The notes beneath the pieces are model-generated. The model did not search any database and had not been told where the DNA came from. It was given only the letters and a program-made list of their open reading frames with translations. A stretch of DNA of 64,000 bases from Cenococcum geophilum (taxonomy: Eukaryota). This document shows positions 39,321-53,177 of the stretch, piece by piece. Numbering within the stretch: the first letter of the stretch is position 1; each line of letters begins with the position of its first letter. The position numbers and the translations under genes were made by a program. Where the stretch lies: positions 29,450,001-29,514,000 of the forward strand of contig CP158635.1 in the NCBI GenBank assembly GCA_050273025.1, written 5' to 3'.

Positions 39321-42300
39321 TATTAGATAATCTGTATTCTCTAGTGGCGTAGACCGTGCACGAGTCACGTGCACGAGTCACGTGCATTGTAAACCTCTTT
39401 ATCTTGGCCCGAGGGCCCTAGGTCAAAGGTCGATCGACCTTAAGACAACATTATTAATCAATTAACCCATTTTATCAATAAACTGCTTAATACGAGCTTC
39501 GTGACAGTTATAAGCCCGGTCCGCCGACTTAAGAAGCTATTCAGCTATTACTTAATTATTTAAAGAAATTCTACCTCATTGTTAGACTCTAACACCTTAT
39601 TGTTAAGACGCAGACTCTAATAGAAATCCTACCTTAATTGTCACAGGACGAGATTCCATGAGATTTTATGAGATTCCACGAGATTCTACCTCACCGTTAA
39701 GGACGATCCTGACGTTAAGGACGATCCTGACGATCCTGACGATCCTGACGACAAGATTCCATCTTATTTCCTCCTTTGCCTATTAGTTAAATAACTCTAC
39801 TAACGTTGAGTTCATCTATTATAATTATCCTTAATAAGCTAGAAGACTGGGAGTAATGGATTTAGTAACTATAAGCCCTTATAGACAAACGAATTTGGGC
39901 CCACGTTAACCCTGCTAAGGAAGCACCTTAATAAGGTCTACTATAAGAACCACCTTATCTAGAAGTCACAGATTTTAATAAGAATGCAACCTTATATATA
40001 TAGCTCTTAACAAATTAACAGAAAGCGTACAAGAATAGCAGACGATACTACGACTAGGATATAAAGTATTTCCTAAGATAGGAAGATTATTTCTAATAGA
40101 TCCGCACCCAGATTACGTCTATAGTATTAATTTAGAAGAAGCTATTGCTCGACCCTTCTCTTACAGTTAAGGAATGGCTAACTTGGTTAAAAGAAGACAC
40201 TAAGCCCTTAAAGAACTTTATAATGAGGAAGGTGTAACTACAGTATATAGAATCACTTAAGGGACTTAAGCAGATAAAGGTTACCCAGTAGCTTAACCAA
40301 TGGGAGTATGCGATAAAGATGGCAGAGAAGTATAATCTTTTATAGATGACTAATGGGATCTGGCTTATGGACTTTATAAATGCAATATAACCTATAAGCG
40401 AAACCTATTTTGTTATATATACTAAGTAGGCAAATAATACTAAAAAGGCTTACTTATTAAAATACCGTAAAGTAGTAATAGAGCTACGGGAAGCATTTGC
40501 AAACCTCTTAAAAGTCATACCATCCTTAACTACTAGAGGGAGTGTATTTAACGTAGACTTTATAGGAGAGTCTAAAGAGGATATCTCTATTGCTGCTAAG
40601 GTCTAAAAGGGAAGAGGGAATAGCTTATCTTGTAGTTAAAAAAGGGTAGGGATAAATTTGACTAAAGAGACGTCTTTTAAGAAGTTAAAGAACCTAAAAT
40701 GCCTAGTATGTAATATAAGGGGATATACCCTTCCTAACTGTTAGTATCTATTTAAGTGCAAGAGGCCTAAAGGATTTAATACTAAGGGTACGCGAATAAA
40801 AAAGGTGCGTAAAAAGGTAGAGTATAACAAGGATCTAGCTGCCTAAGTAAAATAACTTAAGCTTAAGGAATTAAATGTTAATAAAGCTTAATAACGACAG
40901 GATAAGAGTTAGGAGATAGTTAAGAAGATTAAAGGAGAAGCTAATGCAATATTTCTAGAATCGTTTTACACCGGTTAACTCCATCTATTAAAGCTATTGA
41001 CCATTTTTAACTTAGGAACTACTCTCCACATCTTTAATAACCTCTTTTGTTTTTATATTTTTAGGAAGGCTCTAAGATATAAATATATTATTGCCGGTAG
41101 CTTAAAAGCGCCTATACTAGGTTATGGCGATGTTACCGTCTAAGTTATAAAACTAGATAAGAGTAAGGGAATTCTACGTCTTAAGGACGTTGCCTTTTGT
41201 ACGGACTTTAATATAAATCTAGTGTTGTTCCGTCTACTTTGAAAATAAGGGTACTACTAAGATAATAAAGGAGACAATAATATTCTAGTTTGGAAGGATA
41301 ATACAATCCTATATTAAATAGAAGAACGTTACGGATAATAGACTATTAAATACGTCTAACTAGGAAGTCTATTAGCGTTTAATATAAGCTAACTGCTGCG
41401 CCACTAACGGAAGCGTAGAGTATTATTAAGAGACGTTTGTTTAGACTTAAAAGGAGATACACGTTTATAGTATCTACGTCTAGGTTATCTAGGACCTATA
41501 AGCCTTTATTATCTAGGTCTTAACGCCCTAGGAGTTAAGCTTTAAGGCCTAAAGATAACGGAATATTAATATTACAGTCTCGCCAAAATTAAGCGTTAGG
41601 TCTTAAGAAGGTTTTCAAAATAGAACATTAATAAACCTTATCTTAACCTTTATATTAACTGGACTGACCTTAAGGAAGCGCATGCTAGATTTGTACGAGT
41701 TATATTTATCTATAATACCTTCTTAGGAAGAACCTTCCCGTACTTTATAATGACGTATAGCGAGGAGAAGGAGACACTATAAGTGCTTAAAGATTTTATC
41801 TAATGGATTCGTTTGAGGTATAACCTTAAGGTTAATACTATTAGATTAGACAACGAGCTAGGGAAAAGGAGAACTTTTAAATAGCTACAGACGCAAGGGA
41901 TTACATTTAAGCCTTTAGCGCTATATACTTAAGCTTAAAATAGTACCGCCAAATGCTTAGGGGGTGTAATTATTAAGAGAGTATATGTAATAAGAATTGC
42001 TGCTAATCTACTACACGATCTATGGAACGAGATAGTTAACTATACAGTCTACCTTTGAGATTAAACACTACGGGAAAGCAACGGTTGGAAATCGCTATAT
42101 AAGAGGTTCTATACCTTCCTAGCTAATGGGTTAAGAAAGCCGCAACTAGCGTACTTAAGAGCCTACGGCTGTAGGGCGTACGCGATAACGTCGGACGCCT
42201 AGCTAAAGAAGAAAAGGCTAAGTAAGCTAGATCCGCGAGCCTATATCGGCTACCTTATTGGCTATAACTCTACTAATATCTACAGGATCTGGATCCTACA

Positions 42301-45028
42301 CAAAGGTATTATTATCTCTACTAGGGACGTTATCTTTAATAAGAAGACGTTTTTTAACAGCAAGTGAATGGACATCTTAAAGGACCTATACGCTGAGTTA
42401 GACACGCTAATTAAGAAGATTTAACTCCCTAATACCCTAACTAAGAATAAGGTCCTTCTAGAAGATAATAAAGAAGTATTTAAACCGTTAATTTAAGAGG
42501 AAGATAATAACGTTAATAAGCTAGTTTAAAGCTTTAATAAGTTAGCAGATCTTAAGCTTGTAAGAGCTCTCGAAGATGCGTATCGTACGCTACCTTTAAT
42601 AGAAGAAGACGAAGAATCTCTATATGCCTTTTACGTTGAGTATCCTATAAAGTTAGATGTATAAGGTACTGATTAAGATATTGCTTATTAAGTAGGAGAT
42701 GCGTTTAACACTTAGGGGGTATTTAATAACTTAGTTAAAGACTTATTTAAGAAAGCCTGCGATTATAGATTTAAAGACTTTGTTACTAAAAGGATTACTT
42801 TAGCCTATTACGGCGCCTTCTTAGTAGGAAGGAAGTTTAACCTTAATAGTTGACTTAATGATAGCAAGCTAAAATTAGGCAGAATACGTAATGTAAGACT
42901 ATATAGGAAGAACTTACCTCTGCTACCTTAGTTAATCCAGAACCTTAATACGTATCCTCTTCAAGATTAGTTCTAAGAGACTTAACGAGCCTATCTCTAA
43001 TCTTATTATTAAATAAGGTCGTTTTAAGAAATAGATAAGAAGCACGTAAAGGGATAGTAGGTCCTTAGCTTAATGTAGGTGTTTATTTATAAGATAAATA
43101 AGTACGGATTTCTCTAGAAATGCAAGGTACGCTTAGTAGTATATAGAAATTAATAGGCCCTAGGAGACCTACCTATAAGAGCTACTATATTAGCTAGTAC
43201 GACCTTCTAAACCTTTATGGCGATTACCGTAAAATTTGACCTAGAGACAACATAGATAGATGTAGTTAATGCGTTTGTCCATTACAATCTTAATGAGGTT
43301 GTCTATATAAAGCTACCGCCAGGGTTTAATAAATGAAAGATAGACAAAGTACTATGCTTAAGAAAAGCCCTATACGGACTATAATAATTACTACTATTAT
43401 AGCAGAAGAATCTTACGAGCTCGTTGAACGAATTAGGTTTTAAAGAGGTACCTTAAGAGCCGTATATTATGCTAAAAGGTGGAATAGTTGTCTTCTTCTA
43501 TGTTAATAATATTGTCTTTTGCTACTAAAAGCCAGATAAGAAGAAAGCTTAAGAAGCAATTAAGGAGCTAAGTAAGGAATACTAGATGAGTACCCTTGGC
43601 GAGCTAAAATGGTTCCTAGGAATTTACGTACTATATAATTGTAGCTAGAGGCTCCTATAGCTATTCTAGGAAGCCTATATTAAGAAGATAGCTAACTAGT
43701 ATAAGAGAGATCTTAGAGGGCGTCTTCTAGACACTTCTATGGTAGAATTAGAACTCCTCCCTACTAATTACCGTATAATCCGTCTAACGTGTCCGTCCCC
43801 TAATATAGACCTATTAGTCCGTCCTATATCCCTACTAGCCTCTACGATGCTATATTAGAGAAAATTAGGTTTAGTACTCTATATAGCCACTATAACGCGT
43901 TTAGATATTGCTTTTGCAGTATTAAGGCTAATAAGGTTTAATTAGGACCTAAGCTAAGAGCATTATTAAGCGGTAGATAGAGTTATTTAATACCTATATA
44001 GCACGAGAAGCAGAGCAATTTGTTATGGAGGAGATAAGGAAGGAATAAATGGTAGAGGAAGAGATAAAGGAATACGCGACTAAGGACGAGACGACGGAGA
44101 CGGTAGAAGTGAAGCGCAATTATTTATTTGTGCTAGCGACGCATTATTTACGGATAACTCTGTCGATAGAAAGAGCTCGTAAGGATATATTATAAAGCTA
44201 TTTAGGGGGCCGATTGCCTGGAGAGCAAATAAGTAGGGTATAGTTATAACGTTAAGTACAGAAGCTAAGTTATTAGCCCTATTACAGACAGTAAAGGAAG
44301 CTATCTTTATTAGTAGGTTGTTTAAAGTAATAACGTTATAACTAAATAAGCCCTTAATTATTAAATGCGATAATACCTAGACGCTTTAACTGATTATAGA
44401 AGATACGGTAAAGCTAATTATAAAGCTCTAATATGTTAATATTTATTAATACTAGCTATATTAGGAATACGCAAGGAGACAAGTATTATTTTAATAGATA
44501 GTAACGAAGGAGATAATTGCCGATGGACTTACGAAGGCCCTGCCCAAGCAGAGGTTTTAAAGCTTTATTAATATAATTGGAATAATAGATATTAAGGAGT
44601 AGCTAAATAAGGAGAAGCAACTAGAGGACCTAAGGGACAGTATTAGAGTAAGACGGAAGGATTTAGATAAGATTACGGTTTAATTAACGCATTAATAAGC
44701 ATAAGAAGGGTCGCTTAGGCGCTAGCCATAAGCAAGCTAATAGCGATTTTCTATGCCGGGCATGGAATATCCTAATTAGTTGGCAGAATTTGGCAGGAAG
44801 GTAGTTAGCTTTAACCTTAAAGAGCTTAAAGCTAAGGGGGTGTGTTAGATAATCTGTATTCTCTAGTGGCGTAGACCGTGCACGAGTCACGTGCATAAGT
44901 TACGTGCATTGTAAACCTCTTTATCTTGGCCCGAGGGCCCTAGGTTAAAGGTCAATCGACCTTAAGATAATATTATCAATCAATTAACCCATTTTATTAA
45001 TGAACTGCTCAATATGAGCTTTGTAATA
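39321..45028 (+). mobile_element. Ty1/copia LTR retrotransposon, full length, RIP-degraded
   Basis: 186-bp LTRs 39321-39506 and 44843-45028; PBS gttat(g)agcccgg at 39507; LWHLRLGHPG ~41465; integrase IRSDNE ~41840 lies before RT (DAVNAF ~43258, FYVDD ~43495) and RNase H (SDASFAD ~44132); PPT aagggggtg. Flanks lack a TSD. Confidence 0.94.
39645..39755 (+). repeat. Short tandem repeats in the copia 5' leader
   Basis: gagattccac/gagattttat 10-mers and gacgatcct 9-mers. Confidence 0.8.
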
Positions 45029-46310
45029 CTAGTATAGTAACTAGTTTTTCTATAGTGCTTAGCTATAACAGGTATACAGTTTTCCACGGCATCTACTGTT
45101 AGACGGCTTATAGTATAACGTAGTTAACTATTAGGGGTGGGGTAGCAATCGATATTACTATTTAGCTTATTCTTAAGTTAGTTAAAAAAGGAGCGTAATT
45201 CGCTCCTTTTACCTAAATAGGCAGGAGAATTAGGGAGATATTCGGTTAGCTTCTTTATAGGGGTATTAGTTAGCAAATTTAGGGTTAAGGAGCTAGTCCT
45301 AGACATATCTCCTCTATTTAGTACTTATAGGTTAACACTAGTAGGAACAGGTGGGGCGACGGTATAGCAGATAATAGGTTATAGCGGATCTCTTTAATTT
45401 CTTTTCTTAGGGGGATTTAATTATCTCTTAGTGTTAATATTACGGACGCTTTAAGTACAATGTTACAACTACTTAGAGAGGAGTTAGAAGAAGCTAGTTA
45501 GTTAATAAAAGCACGGTCTAGTATAGAGCCGGTGGAACTATATAACAAGGAATAGTAAGCAAGTCATATAAGGTTATATGTAGTGTACGCAGTATATAAA
45601 CGGGATGTACGTATAACACGTATAACACGTATATTACGTATAAGAAGGATTTTATAGGAGTACGGTTATATATCTAAGGACCCTTAATCCCTACCTAGAT
45701 AGTTCCTTCCTTATAGTAATTCTTAGAATATAATTAGAGTTAATCTATTAGGCAACTACTCCACTAGTTATTATTACGTTATTAACTTCCTATATTACCT
45801 ATACACCCGGCCTATTAACGGATCTACCATAGTTCCTGCTATAAGGTTCCGTTATACAATTACTACTAAGGTTATAGTATTAGAAGTTAAATAATATACT
45901 ACTAAAAGTAGCTATAATAACACTATTAACGGCAGCAACGACCTTAGGGTTAGTTAACGACACTAGTATAGCAGATACTAACTCGCAACTAGTTATAGTA
46001 GGACAGTTATAGGCGATAGTTAATTAGTTAATAGATAATAATAAGGCACTTAAAAATAGGGTTAATAGAATAAGAGCAGCTAAGGTTAAGTTACCTTTAA
46101 TTAAACAATTCTTAGGAGAGAGATTAAAGCTTAAAGGATTCCTTAGGTAAATATACTTTAAAGTTATATAGGAAGGAGCAAAGTTGGCAATACCTATAAA
46201 TTAGGTAGCGTACGCAGGATTATTCCTAACGGAAAGGGCACTTAAATAGTTTAAACCTTACCTTATAGAAATGTAGAATAATAGTATAACAACCACTAAT
46301 TAGGAAGTAT

Positions 46311-46569
46311 TATAAGGGTACTTTTGGTCCCTTACTCGGCTACATCCCGGGAGCTCTTAGGGGCTGCCAAGGCTAGCCTTCGGCTAGGCCTTGGCCACCC
46401 CTTATAAGCTCCTCGGGCTTGCAGCCTCCTTCCTCCCTCATCGGTTCGTCTCTATACTCAGGCTATTGCCTACCCTCATTACCATATCGTCCTCTTCCAT
46501 CGACTCCCTATGTGACTCATGCTCGGCTTGCCTGCTCCCTACCGTACACCCTGGCAATACTGCCTCACA
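46311..46569. mobile_element. Solo LTR (259 bp) of another family, inserted in G1 gag
   Basis: t(g)t(g)agg...cctcaca inverted termini; TSD agtat (46306-46310 / 46570-46574); the gag frame reads through once it is removed. Confidence 0.85.
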
Positions 46570-49500
46570 AGTATAATATATATTTATAAGCTAGACTAGA
46601 TTCGCGGAACAATTAATATAAATATTTAGGGACCCAGAAGCAACGACTATAGTAAAAAGAAAGCTTTAGGACCTAATATAGCGAACTTTAGTAATTAAGT
46701 ACACAACGTAGTTTTAAACATTAGCTACGTAAGTTAAATAAAATAATAGGGTGCTTATAGCATAGTACAAACAGGGACTTAAGGTAAAAGTTTAGGACGT
46801 AATTATTCTAATAGAAGATGCGGATACCCTTAGGGATTTAATAGATTAAGCGATTAAGATTAATAATAGGATCTTCTAAAGGGAACAGACTAAGAGAGGC
46901 TAGGATAAAGTTTTATAGTTATATAAGGCGCAAAGCACGCAATAACTAAAGCTAAATTAGAAACTATAGTATGGCGCAGAGCTAATAGACCTAAGTAGTA
47001 CTAAAGAAACCTATAAGAGATGGGGAAAATAACTATAAAAACCTAGAAGTTAAGGATTAAGTAATTATAGGACTAAGGAGTATAGGCTAAACTAAGGATC
47101 TTAATAGCAGAAGACGTTTAAGCGGACTCTATAGTAAAAGCAATAGTTTAAAAATAGAGCTTGTATAAATTACGGAAAATAGGGTTATTTCGCCAGAGAC
47201 TATAGAAGTAGTTAGAGTTACTATATAGTAAAGGGAACTAGACTAATAGTATATAACACACATATATAAAGGGATAATAGTATACTATAAGGAACAAAGG
47301 AATATTTAATTAAAAGTTATACGTTTTATTATAATAACGTATACTAAATTCATAAAGACGCTAAGTACGGTGTAAGCTATTAGCTATAAGAGCTAAAGTT
47401 AAGAGGACTTAAAGGAACTAAAGAGTTAAATAAAGAATAAGATCAACTCTATAAGCTAAATTAAAATATTACAGTAACGTGTGGATAAAGATTAGCAATA
47501 ATAATAATAGAGTTAGAGTACTTATTAATTAACAGTAATAAGGAAGAAAAAGAAACTAACTAAGGGTATTTAAACCTTAATAACGTAATAAAAGCAGAGA
47601 CTAAAACTACTATAGAGTAAGGTTTAGTAACGGGTACCATAATACCATTAAATACGGTATCTATTGCTTTATAAGACGGAAGGAGTAATATCTAAAGATA
47701 ATTAAGTAAGCAGATAACTACTAGTGCTAGCTTACCACTTAATAAAGGTAAAAAGCTAAAGGCTTAAGATTCTTAAGATAAGATAAAGGATAACTAAGAT
47801 TCTTAAGATAAGATAAGGCACGCTTAGGGACCTATAACGGACAATAACCAATAGAGCAGAGCAACGGCTTAGTTTAGTAACATATAAATAAGCTTAGGAT
47901 GAAGTTTTCTAAAGGTATAAGGTTCTTAAAGTAAGATAAGTAAGATTTAAGACTCTTAAGACAAGACGAGAACACTAGTAAAGCCTAGTTGGACTAAGGC
48001 TAAAGCACAGCTTAAAAGAGAAGTAAGCTTAGGATTAAAGAATCTAAGGGACTAAGAATTCGGAGTATAAATAAGGACACCCATAAGTAGGAAGTAAGAG
48101 GCTTCGCTATAGATTAAAGAATCTATAGTATAAACAGCAGTATAGGCTAGAAGACAGATATATAAACCTAGAAGACTTATTAGGGGAACGTAGTATTTAG
48201 CCTAAAAATTAAAAAGTTAAGACTATAATTAAGAAGTAAGAAGATTTTAAGGATCTACTTATAAGGTAAGCAGTTAAAGAAACAATAGATAAATTTAGAG
48301 CAAGAATTATTATATAGTAAGAAAAGAAACTAAATATAAGATCTAGTATACTAGGTTATATATAAGATAGAGCACTAATATAAAGAATTATTAATAGGCT
48401 AAAAGCAGGCACGCTAAGAGCTAAGTAGCTTACTAAATTGGAAAATAAAGAGGATTTAGGGATTCTAACTAGGTTTGAGGAACGGCATATAAAGAGCTAT
48501 TATAATGTAGTAATAAGAAGATATTTTCTTACAGATAGGCCGTATACGCTCTAGCAGCTATACTAAAAGTAGTATAGGCAAAGACACAATAATAAGTAGG
48601 AAGATTTCTATATATAGTTAGATGAGAGAGTTATCTAGAACTACCTAATTACGGAAAAAGCAATAAATTATATTAAGGGAGCCTTAATTATAATATTAAA
48701 GGATCTAAAGAAATAATTAGAGGACTAGAGAAGTAAGAGACGTATCTTAATACCTATAAATAAAGTTATAATATTTAGATTAACACGACAGAGGTTTAAA
48801 CTTAAAGATAAAAATAAGTTAAGAGTTAACCTAAAGCACCTAGCGCACTATACGCTATTATAGATTGTATATATAGATAATATATACAAGATGCACAAAA
48901 ATCTAAAAGAAAAGAACCAGAAATACCCTATAAGGATATATTAGGCGCTAGATAAGCAATAGTATAGAAATACTAAGTATATATACGGCTAGCATTTAGT
49001 AGAAGTTTAGGAGTTAGAAGACTTAATACTTTAACTAAAAAAATTCTTACGGAAGAATACTTAGACGGATAATAGTAGTAGGAATACCTAGAGAACACGT
49101 ATTTATAGTATATTAAGGATAAAAAGTAAATAAAGTATTAGCTAAAGAATAAGTTAAGTATATAAGGATCTAGTAGCTAATATTTAGGGAAAGTAAAGGC
49201 CTACGGGACTAAAGGGAGCTAGTAGTAGAGCCTTAAACCCTTAAAGGAATTTAAGGACGACATTTAAATTTATAAGTTAAATAGCAAGATTAACAGTTTA
49301 AAGTATTAGTAAATAGTAGAGCAATAAGGAACTATATCTTACTAATAGTAGTAAAAAGGATAGGGCTACCGCATAGACAAAAGGAGTACCCTTATTTATT
49401 AGTAACAATCTTAGGAGATCTAATAGCCTACGAAGGAGATATTATTAATCTTAAAATAGGACCTATTTAGATAACTATTAAAGAAAGATAGATTAAGATA

Positions 49501-52499
49501 TCTTTTAATATATTACTATTAGGGAATAATAAGGCAGTATTAGAAATACCTTAGTTATAGAAATACAATTTAAAGATTAATTAGGTTATAGGTTAGGTTA
49601 ATATTAGGAATACTTAACGCCGCAAGATGTAATAATAAGCTAAAATAGTATAGTACTAAGTAGGGGCAACCTATAAGGAAATAGATAAAGGATTAAGTTA
49701 TATATTAAAGAAATACTATAAGTATAGTAAGAAACTATAGTTACTAGAAAGTAAAAAGCTATTAGAGTATATAGCATAAAACTATAAAATAGAATTAGAA
49801 CTAGGAATAAGTTTAAAGTTCTTTTTAATTTATAAGCTTACTAAAGAAGGAGGGAGAGTATTAAAAAAGTTTATCTAGAAGAACTTATAAAAGGGATATA
49901 TTAGACTATTATAGTTATTAATAGGATATCCAGTACTGTTCGTACTAAAGAAAAACAGGAAACTTAGGCTATGTATTAACTATAGATAATTAAATAGCAT
50001 TACTAGGAAGGATAGATATCCTTTACCCTTAATTAGCGAAATCTAAAATAGGATTAGTAATGCGCAAATCTTTATAAAGATAGATCTGAGGTAGGCGTAT
50101 TATTAGATTAAAATTAAGGAAGGTAATAAATAAAAGGTAGCCTTTAGGTTAAAGGAAGAACTATATAAACCATTAGTAATGCAGTTTAGGCTTATAAACG
50201 TATTAGTAACATTTTAGAAACGTATTAATAATATATTAAGAGAGTACTTAGATAAATTTATTATGGTATACCTTAATAATATTATTATCTACTTAATAAG
50301 TAAGGAAGAGCACGGAGAATACATTAAATAGGTCTTAAAGAGACTATAAGAAAAATAAATGCTAGTAGTAATTAAGAAATGCGAGTTCTTTACTAGGAAG
50401 ATAGATTTTGTTAAATTTATTATTAAACTAGGCCAACTTAGTATAGATTTAAAGAAAATTAAGGCTATAGTAAATTAGTAAGAACTAGAAAACGTTATAT
50501 AGTTAAGGTTATTTCTAGGGGTTTATAATTATTATAAAAGGTTTATAGCTTAATAGTTAAAGAACATTAAGCTATTTATAAGGTTAATAAAGAAAGAGGA
50601 ACCTTAGGTATAGGGAAAAGAACAAAGAAAACTATTTAAAGAGGTTAAGGAGTTGTTTACTTAAGACCCAATCCTTAAAATCTACCAACTAAAGCTAAAG
50701 ATAGTAGTTAAAATAAATATATTAGACTTTATACTAGGGGTATACTTTCTATAAAAATATATAAACAGATAGCACCTAGTAGCATACTATAGTTAAAAGA
50801 TAATACCACTAGAACTAAACTATAACATTTATAATAAGGAGTTATTAGGTATAGTTATAGCACTTTAAAAATAGAGAGTATTCTTATAAGGTATAGAGAA
50901 ACTATTTATAGTTAAAATAGATTATAAGAACCTAGTGGGGTTCCTAGTAATAAAAGAACTTAACTAAAGATAGGTTTAATAGGCAGAGATACTTACAGAA
51001 TACTATTTTAAGATTTAATATACTAAAGGTATAGATAATATATAAGTAGATGCGCTAAGTAAAAAGGCTAAACTATAAAATAATAAAAAGCCGCTAGGGG
51101 CTTTACTGTAAAAAGATATAGATAGATTAATTAGATATAATTATCCGAAAATTACAGCAATAAAAGAAATTAGTTAGAACTATAAGGCACTAAAAAGTAT
51201 ATAGTTATAGAAGATCTAAGATATATAGATAAAGAATTTAGACTTAAAGTAGTATAAAAACTAAGAAGTAATATACGTACTAAGGAGTATTATAAAAGAA
51301 TTTATTAAGTTATTTTATAAGGGACTAACTTAAGGACATAATAGAGCTATAGGCTTAATATTAAGACTTTAAAAGGAGTATATTATTAATAAAATTTAGG
51401 GATTAGTAAGATAAGTTACTAAAGAATATCTAAATTACTAGAGAAATAAACTAATAAGGTATAAGCTATATAGAGAGCTATAACCTATTAAAATACTAGA
51501 GAGACTATAGGAGGTTATATTATAGAACTTTATTATAAAGTTGCTAAAATTAAGAGATCCTATTACTAAACAAAATTATAATATAATCTTAGTAATAGTA
51601 GACAAGCTAATAAAGTAGGGATACTTTATAGTATATACAGAAGAAATATTAGCGGAAGATGTCGCTAGAATCTATATTAAAGAAGTATTTATAAGATATA
51701 AAGCACTAAGCAAAATTATATCGGATAGAGATCTAAAATTTATAGTAGTATTTTAGAAGGTATTCTTAGCAAAATAAGGGGTTTAAGTAGTAACTTTTAC
51801 CGTATATTATCCGCAGACAGACGGTTAAATAAAAAAATTAAATTAGATACTAGAGTAGTATCTAAAACATTATATTAATTATACACAGAATAATTAGGTA
51901 TTATTATTACTAGTTATATAGTTTATATATAATGTGATACCTTAAGAGGGAATAAGAATATTACTATTTAAGGTAAATTATAAATATAAGCTAAGAACAT
52001 CGTTATCGCTATAATAAGTAAAGAAAATAAGTAGTATAGCTAAGTATAGAATAGAAATACTAATAAATCTTTATATAAACCTTATGGAAATAGCTAAGGT
52101 GGTATAATAGAGAATAAAAAAGTACTATAACGCTAAGAGATCTAAAGGACTAGATCTTAAGGAGGGAGATAAAGTATAGCTACTATATAAAAATTTTAAG
52201 TGTTAATAACTAAGTAAGCAGTTAAACTACGTTAAACTAGGACCTTTTAAAATTAAAAAGAGTATTTTATTAGTTATGTTTAAGTTAAACCTACCAACTA
52301 AAATTAAGATCTACCCTATATAATATATCGCGATACTAAAGCCAGTATATAGGAATATTAAGCTACTAGTCTACAAAGTAGACACGCATAGAGGGTAAGA
52401 AGAAGACAAATAGTAAGTTTTAAAGATCGTTAGTTATAAGAATATAAATAATAAAATATAGTATAAAGTAAAGTGGATAGGCTATAATAAGACTACCTA

Positions 52500-53177
52500 A
52501 GAGCTACTAGAAAATTTAAAGAATGCTATAGGAAAGGTACAGGATTATTAAAAGAGAAAAGGTTAGGCGGTATTAATAAAAAAGAATTACTAAAGAATAA
52601 GCCACCTAAGGGGGATATAGGAAGAACAATTGCCGAACTACTTAGAGTTGTTTCCCTCTCTATTAAAAGAGAATCCGTTTTTTTATTGCTAAGTTTCTAT
52701 AAACCTTATTTTATAAGTTTTTACTTCTTAAAATAAACCTTCTTATAAACCTTTTTAAAATAAAGTAGGTGAGTAAATATAGCAATCTAGGCTTTTAAAG
52801 CCTTCTACTTTGCGTTATAAAAGCGTTCTAAATTAGCTAGGGCTTAAGTTAGTTTACTATTAAGCTTTATAGTAGTAGATTAAATATAAGACCCTATAAT
52901 AAATTACTTAGGGAACTTGAAAACTATTAAGAGTAATAGGGTGCGTATACTTAGCGTTAGAAGTAGAGCAAACGTTATAGAATAATTAAATATTCGCTTT
53001 AGTACACTCTAAACAAAAGAACGGTTGCCAAGAGAAAGGACTTACTAATGTAATATAAACTAACCCCTCTTTTATACAACGGGAATATAGAGATAGTATA
53101 ATTTTACTAAGCGATAATATAGCAGTAATAGTGCGAGCACGGCGTTACGCTTATAAAGAAGAAGGTACTTTAAGTAT
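52500..53177 (-). pseudogene. G1 antisense accessory ORF: Zn(II)2Cys6-like domain, putative 55-nt intron (52894-52948), coiled-coil region
   Basis: Two-copy RIP-reversed consensus MPK..SS..AQRRARTIAAILSLGEIMPSPCSRCAKEGLVC.ALASPSSRQPSSCSECTKAN.RSSCDVRSTSDAE/WSRVRSTTAKLD..LAQALAELE...; the 3' end is approximate. Second copy is split at ~6630-7097 and 16997-17210. Confidence 0.72.

Noticed and set aside
46391..46576. GC-rich 61-aa ORF as a captured host gene or effector
   Set aside because: It lies in a TSD-flanked solo LTR, starts at a non-ATG codon and runs off the LTR end.
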